DNA of 64,000 nt, taken from contig OX597826.1 in NCBI GenBank assembly GCA_951406725.2, positions 4,898,001 through 4,962,000 on the forward strand, written 5' to 3'. Position numbers and translations under genes: made by a program. Positions 58,751 through 64,000 of this stretch are shown piece after piece. The notes beneath the pieces were generated by a model. It searched no databases. It was not told where the DNA came from and worked only from the letters and a program-made list of their open reading frames with translations. Each line of letters opens with the position of its first letter. Positions within the stretch are counted from its first letter, which is position 1. The stretch comes from Octopus vulgaris (lineage: Eukaryota).

Positions 58751-59967
58751 AACTAGCTCGATTTCTTTTGATATGTTAGGGTATGATATAAAAGCAATTA
58801 GCTGCTATTTTTAGCATGTGGAATATCCATGTCATTTTTTTCTGCTCCCGTTTATCCTAAAGTTATTCTTCATTCAATACATGCGTGAACAAAGCCATTC
58901 CTAAAGTGATCATCTCGTCTTTTGTAATATCTTGGGTCCTAATCCCCAATATTCTTTTAGTTTCTGGAAAATTGTATGTGATTTGGAGGAAATTCACTGC
59001 TCCTTTTGAAAGTCTAGCAAACTAAGGGCCTCCCCACTTTGTTGGTTACCAGTGGTTGTGATTGTGGTGGTTTAGGTCATCCTGTACTTTCCTATGTCTA
59101 GATTATATTCACTACTATGTTTTGTCATTTTTTGGTACCGTCTGATGATATTTAGAGGAGTTTAGCTGCTATTTCTTGAAACCTCAATGAAAGCATATCG
59201 CTTTCTTACTTCACAGGCTAGTATTAGAGGTATAGCCATCTTTCTGGAAGCCAGAATCGTGTGATGGTTAATGCGGATGATGAATATGGTCATAATTCCA
59301 AATGATGTTAGAGTTATTCTTGAGGAAAATATTCCAAAGCGTTCGGTATGTGGAAATGCTACCAAATATTCAAAATGGCGGAAATAATGTTGGTAGTATT
59401 GGAGGGAGCGGTGGTTGCGGTAGTAGAGTTCGTGGCAGAGACGGTGATTATGATAGCGATGGCGGTGGTGGTGGTGGTGGCTGTGGTATTTCGGGTAAAA
59501 TAAAGAGAGAGAGAGAGAGAGTTGGCTGGAACTTGGTCGTGGGAAGGGATTTAGTAAATGTTGAAGGGGTTGACAGCATAATGCATGGAATGTTTCGGGT
59601 ACAGAGAAAATTATAGAGATGTGAGATGCGAAAGGATAGACGGGGTAAAAGAGGGGAGTGAGGTGTGAAGTGGTGTCGGTGGTGACTGATATTACGAGGA
59701 GAGAAACAACACACTGCTGAGGTTTGAACTGTAAAATGAGAATAAAACGTTATGTTAACCCTTTCTGACGTCAGTTTCCACATGACAAAATTGTCGCAGA
59801 CATGGCACGAACCACGACAGATAACTACTTCGTTTTTTTCCAAAATACCATAATAAATTTTACGACTAAATATCTTACACATTCTGACGCAAAATTCTCA
59901 AAAATGTTGTGAACTCAAACACGCACACACATGAGCATCTGTCTATTTATCAACACACACACGCACG

Positions 59968-60008
<41 letters not shown>

Positions 60009-60187
60009 AAACACGCACACACAAATCTACTGGAGATTCCTAAATGCATAAGACCAAATGACAAACTAATACCTTACTGTATTTCATTTAAAATGCATGA
60101 GTCCTAAGTTCAAATCACATTCGTGGTTGCAGTAACTTTAAACACACCGAGGTGGACAATGTTCTACTTAATTACTTAGACTGATAA

Positions 60188-60400
60188 AGGCGGCGAGCTG
60201 GCAGAATCTTTACCACGCCGGGCTAAATGCTTACCATCATTTCTTCCGTCTATGTGTTCTGAATTCAATCTCCACCGAAATCGATTTTGCTTTTCATCAC
60301 TTCGATTTCAATAAAGTAAGTACCAGTTAAACACTGGGGTCGATGTAATCGACTTACTCCTTCCACCGAAGTTGCTGGCCTTGTGCCAAAGTTTGAAACC
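60188..60400 (+). mobile_element. SINE group A copy
   Basis: GGCGGCGAGCTGGCAGAATC head, AAGTACCAGTTAAACACTGGGGTCGATGTAATCGAC core and GCTGGCCTTGTGCCAAAGTTTGAAAC tail. Confidence 0.85.
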
Positions 60401-60576
60401 AATTAATCTGATACGACAGAGGTCCTCTGACTGAAACGAGGAAAATTGTATATTTATATATATAATGTATGTATGAACATATAAACTTTGGTTTCCTCCT
60501 CTCAGAGAGATGTCTAAATAATGACTAAGAGTCTTTCACTCACAGCTGTTGGAGTGCCCCTTGACTCTACTGAGGT

Positions 60577-60642
60577 CTTCTTCTTCTTCTTCTTCTTCTT
60601 CTTCTTCTTCTTCTTCTTCTTCTTCTTCTTCTTCTTCTTCTT
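60577..60642. repeat. (TTC)n microsatellite
   Basis: Directly visible. Confidence 0.95.
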
Positions 60643-61281
60643 CCAATCAGGACTCACGCCATTAGCCACAAAGAATAATCTCTAATTCGAACCTCCACTG
60701 AGTTACTAAGAATGCGTGTGGCAACTTGAAGATCCACCCACCACACGTGATAGTGTGGCGGTTGCACGGGCGCGAAAGCTACGTTGTTATCCTAATACCG
60801 TAAACGGTGGCTTTTTAACGGGTGGAGAGCTAAACCATCCTGGGGTACAGATGATTCGTAATCTAGACTAGGGTCTGAAAGTTTACCACACCATAGTGGG
60901 TTACACCATGGTTCCTCTGCTTTGTGGCAGAAGTAGTAAGAAAGAGTGAGAGAAAGTTGCGGGGAAAGAGTACAGCGTTTACATGTTTATTCATATCTTT
61001 ATAACGTGTTGCATTTTTCCGGCTGACCATTAACGACGCAATAAGGCAAAAGACGCAATAAAACTATTCTATGATCGAATGACGGCTTATTTTTTCGTGG
61101 GTAAGAAGCACGCTGAACACCTGCTACAAGAGGTACCCGTCATTAACACAACCCGTATAAAAGTGTAAAAATGTATTGATCCTTTGGAATACTGGGAAGA
61201 ATAATTGAGTGGCTCATATTTTAGAGAACAATCAAGTGACGTCTTGTCCTCATATACAGTTGGAACCATCACACGTATCTC

Positions 61282-61329
<48 letters not shown>

Positions 61330-61338
<9 letters not shown>

Positions 61339-61537
61339 CTTCCTGTTTCTGTTGTACCTGTATTCCAAAGGGCCAGCCTTTTTCTCACTCTGTGTCACGC
61401 TGAATCTCCCCGAGAACTACGTTAAGGGTACACGAGTCTGTGGAGTGCTCAGCCACTTGCATGTTAATTTCACGAGCAGGCTGTTTCGTTGATTGGATGA
61501 ACTGCAACCCTCATCTTCGTAATTGACGGAGTGCCAA
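61330..61537 (+). mobile_element. SINE tail Y segment preceded by a (CT)n tract
   Basis: ACCTGTATTCCAAAGGG...CACTCTGTGTCACGCTGA...AATTTCACGAGCA...GACGGAGTGC is collinear with 14210-14390. Confidence 0.8.
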
Positions 61538-61549
61538 CCAACATATGTG

Positions 61550-61747
61550 ACCTCGTGTGTACCGTTGGCGATTTTTTTCCCCTGTCTTCCCTTCTCTGGA
61601 TCTTTCCTTCTCCTATGTTTCCGACGAAGAGCTCCGCTCGAAACATTAAACCCTCCTTCTTTCCTTCTTTCCTGAGCGTCCAATAATACTATATTTGTTC
61701 CACGTCCTCGCGTTGTTGTGTTTTTTTGTGCTTTATTGTTTGGATTA

Positions 61748-61752
<5 letters not shown>
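61550..61752 (+). mobile_element. Penelope-like terminal fragment, second subfamily
   Basis: GTTT-CCGACGA-AGAGC-TCC-GCTC-GAAACATT-AAAC, followed by TTCCTGAGCGT and a T-rich tail into (TA)n. Confidence 0.6.
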
Positions 61753-61793
<41 letters not shown>

Positions 61794-61996
61794 TAGACAT
61801 GTCTCCAATTGCAAGTTTGTATTTCACTTACATATGACTCCCCCCCCCCCCGCCCTGTATTAATGTATATACAACAGGCGACAGCGAATAGTAAACAACA
61901 CACATTCAAACGTAATTACTTACTGAATTTTATCTCTTCTTGTATTATATCTGCTATTCGTTTTTAACGTCTATTATTTTGTCATTTTGTTTACAG

Positions 61997-62077
61997 GTTA
62001 TTGTCACAATACGGAGGATTTTCGAAAACTCTGTAGCACAATTACAGGCGATTCACAACTTCACTCACTCGTACGAG
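61997..62077 (+). CDS. Internal coding exon B (81 nt) of the same gene
   Basis: Acceptor ttttgtcattttgtttacAG and donor GAG|GTAAGT. The frame 2 nt + 26 codons + 1 nt reads (G)YCHNTEDFRKLCSTITGDSQLHSLVR, matching the continuation 'YC...LCxxItGDaxLySmfR' of the same motif. The last G of exon A plus GT gives Gly. Confidence 0.8.
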
Positions 62078-63052
62078 GTAAGTGGATTTTGATTTATTTA
62101 TTGTCTTGAGGATCTTATCCATCTAATGCCAGACTTGTTCTATTGAGTCTAATAACATATGAGCCGATGTCGTTAGCAATTATTGCAGAACTAATTTCTG
62201 ATGATTTGTTCTTTCCCTCGTCTCCTCTCTCACTCATTTTAGATGCGTATATACTTACATTCATACACATAAATACAGCCGCATCCATACAACCAGACAC
62301 AAACATATGTATATGGAGAATAGGTTTAACTTAAATGTTTCGATTTCTCGTACTAGTTGATCAAGAATACGAAACACTGCATACACACACGTGCATATGT
62401 ATGCCTGTGTGTATGTAATTCATTTGATACCTGACTGTCTGGTGAATGTCAGCTGGCCGAAACGTCGAAGTCAGTACCCTCTTTGTAAAAGTATTATAAA
62501 TATACACACTACAAAATTAATCGTGTAATCCATCAGCTGAATGTCAGGCTAGAGTTTTCGTGAATATTGACTGAGTTAACCGCCTGGTTTTCACGAATTC
62601 CCGTTTTATGTAAAGTTTAAGACAATTCAAATGAAGAATGAATAAACTATATTTGAATGTAATTCTACAAAGATTCGGAAACATACAGATCCAAAACATA
62701 TTTATGCATTATCAAAGATTGACGAATATAAAGTACATGCAATGTACTGCTTTCTAGTTAGTGAGTTGTTTCTCACACACAGATGTAAGATTTGGGGCCA
62801 CATCGGCAGGGATCAACTTCGCATCCTTTCCAGATTCAAGTACTGGTATTGATCTAATCGAATAACCCCCCTGGGATATTTTTCTTGTTTCTTTACTTAA
62901 TTTTTGAGAGAGGTCGGGTTCATTTTTAGTATTCTCGTTTGTAAGAGCAGTCGAGGCTATTTCAGATATTCCCGTTTTAAAATTCATCTCTGGCTAATCA
63001 TTGAGAGTACTTTAGTGTTGTCTTAGCAGAGGTTTGCGCTCTCTGAGTGCTC

Positions 63053-63108
<56 letters not shown>

Positions 63109-63144
63109 GTAATTATTATTGTTGTTGTTGTTATTATTATCATT

Positions 63145-63755
63145 AAGGTGTCAAACTAGCAGGATCCTTAATATGTTGGACAAAAAGCTTAGCAGCATTT
63201 CTTCTTGCTTTACGTTCTAAGTTCAAATGCTGCTCATATCGATTTGGCATTTCATTTGATAATATAAATGCCGGTTAAGTAACTGGGGTTAATGTAATCG
63301 TCTGACCTACCCCTCAAAAACTACTGGTTTTCTGTTTATAGTAGAAATAATTACGTTGCAATCTGGCTCAGTCGTTAGAAAGTCAGACAGAAGGCTTAGT
63401 GGTATTTCCTCCGGGTTTACTTTCTAAATTCATGTTCCGCTGAGGTCAACTTTGCCTTTCATCCTCTAGGGATTGATTAAGAAAAGTTACTTACCAGTCA
63501 GTAATTTGGTTTAATGTAATCAACTTTCTCCCTCCGTTAAAATTTCAGGGTTTTTTCCTAGAGTAGAATGAATTATTATCATAATTATTAATGAAGACGG
63601 CGAGCCGCTTCGTTCTGAGTTCAAATTCCGCCCAGGTTCACTTTGCCTAACATAATTTCGGAGTCGATAACATGAGTACCAGTTGAGTACTGGAGTCGAT
63701 GTAATCGGCTAGTACCCTCCTCCAAAGTTTCAGGCCTTGTACCAATAGCAGAAAG
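63145..63755 (+). mobile_element. Three head-to-tail SINE group A copies
   Basis: Units start near 63145, 63360 and 63597. Each has GTTCAAAT/TTTGCCT core remnants, a TGTAATC motif and a TAGTAGAA-like end. Confidence 0.75.
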
Positions 63756-63772
63756 GCTTAAAAAAAACAAAT

Positions 63773-64000
63773 TGCGCCCTTTTCAAGCCTAGCCAGGCTC
63801 ATGGGCCCGGTTTCTTGGTTTCTGTGGCGTATGTGTCCCCAGCAGCTGGGCGAGACGCCAGTCAATCGCAGCGTTACTCAAGAAACAGGAAGAGAGAGTG
63901 AGAGAAAGTTGGGGCGAAAGAGTACAACAGGGGTCACCCCCCACCCCCCTGCCGGAGCTTCGTGGAACTTTAGGTGTTTTCGCTCAATAAACACACACAA
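63773..64000 (-). mobile_element. SINE group C copy (runs off the window end)
   Basis: Reverse complement of about 2150-2370. Confidence 0.85.

Noticed and set aside
62754-62987. Minus-strand 77-aa ORF MNFKTGISEIAST... with protein-like composition
   Set aside because: It has no recognisable domain or good splice acceptor. It sits behind AAGAGCACTCAGAGAGCGCAAACCTC, which I recall as the start of a dispersed non-coding repeat, and it is antisense to the predicted gene.

Overview
This is AT-rich eukaryotic DNA dense in microsatellites and SINEs. The repeat families look like those of a coleoid cephalopod, most likely Octopus (my recognition, not a search result). Nearly all ORFs in the supplied track are translations of simple repeats. 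Reading splice signals directly gives two short + strand coding exons that the track misses, 8185-8252 and 61997-62077. They join in frame to TRNCYQCIVFTNRTSNLIEYKS-G-YCHNTEDFRKLCSTITGDSQLHSLVR, a Cys-rich motif resembling uncharacterised invertebrate extracellular proteins (DUF7042/7044-like, from recall). Most of the window would then be a single 53.7-kb intron. That intron holds four tRNA-derived SINE groups that swap modules, a decayed IR/DR-type Tc1 transposon, a 430-bp MITE carrying telomeric repeats, a LINE 3' end that shares its tail with one SINE group, Penelope-type fragments with minimal hammerhead-like motifs, and an old inverted duplication. I see no clear evidence of a wholly new biological system. 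Repeat boundaries are approximate (about +/-10-20 nt).
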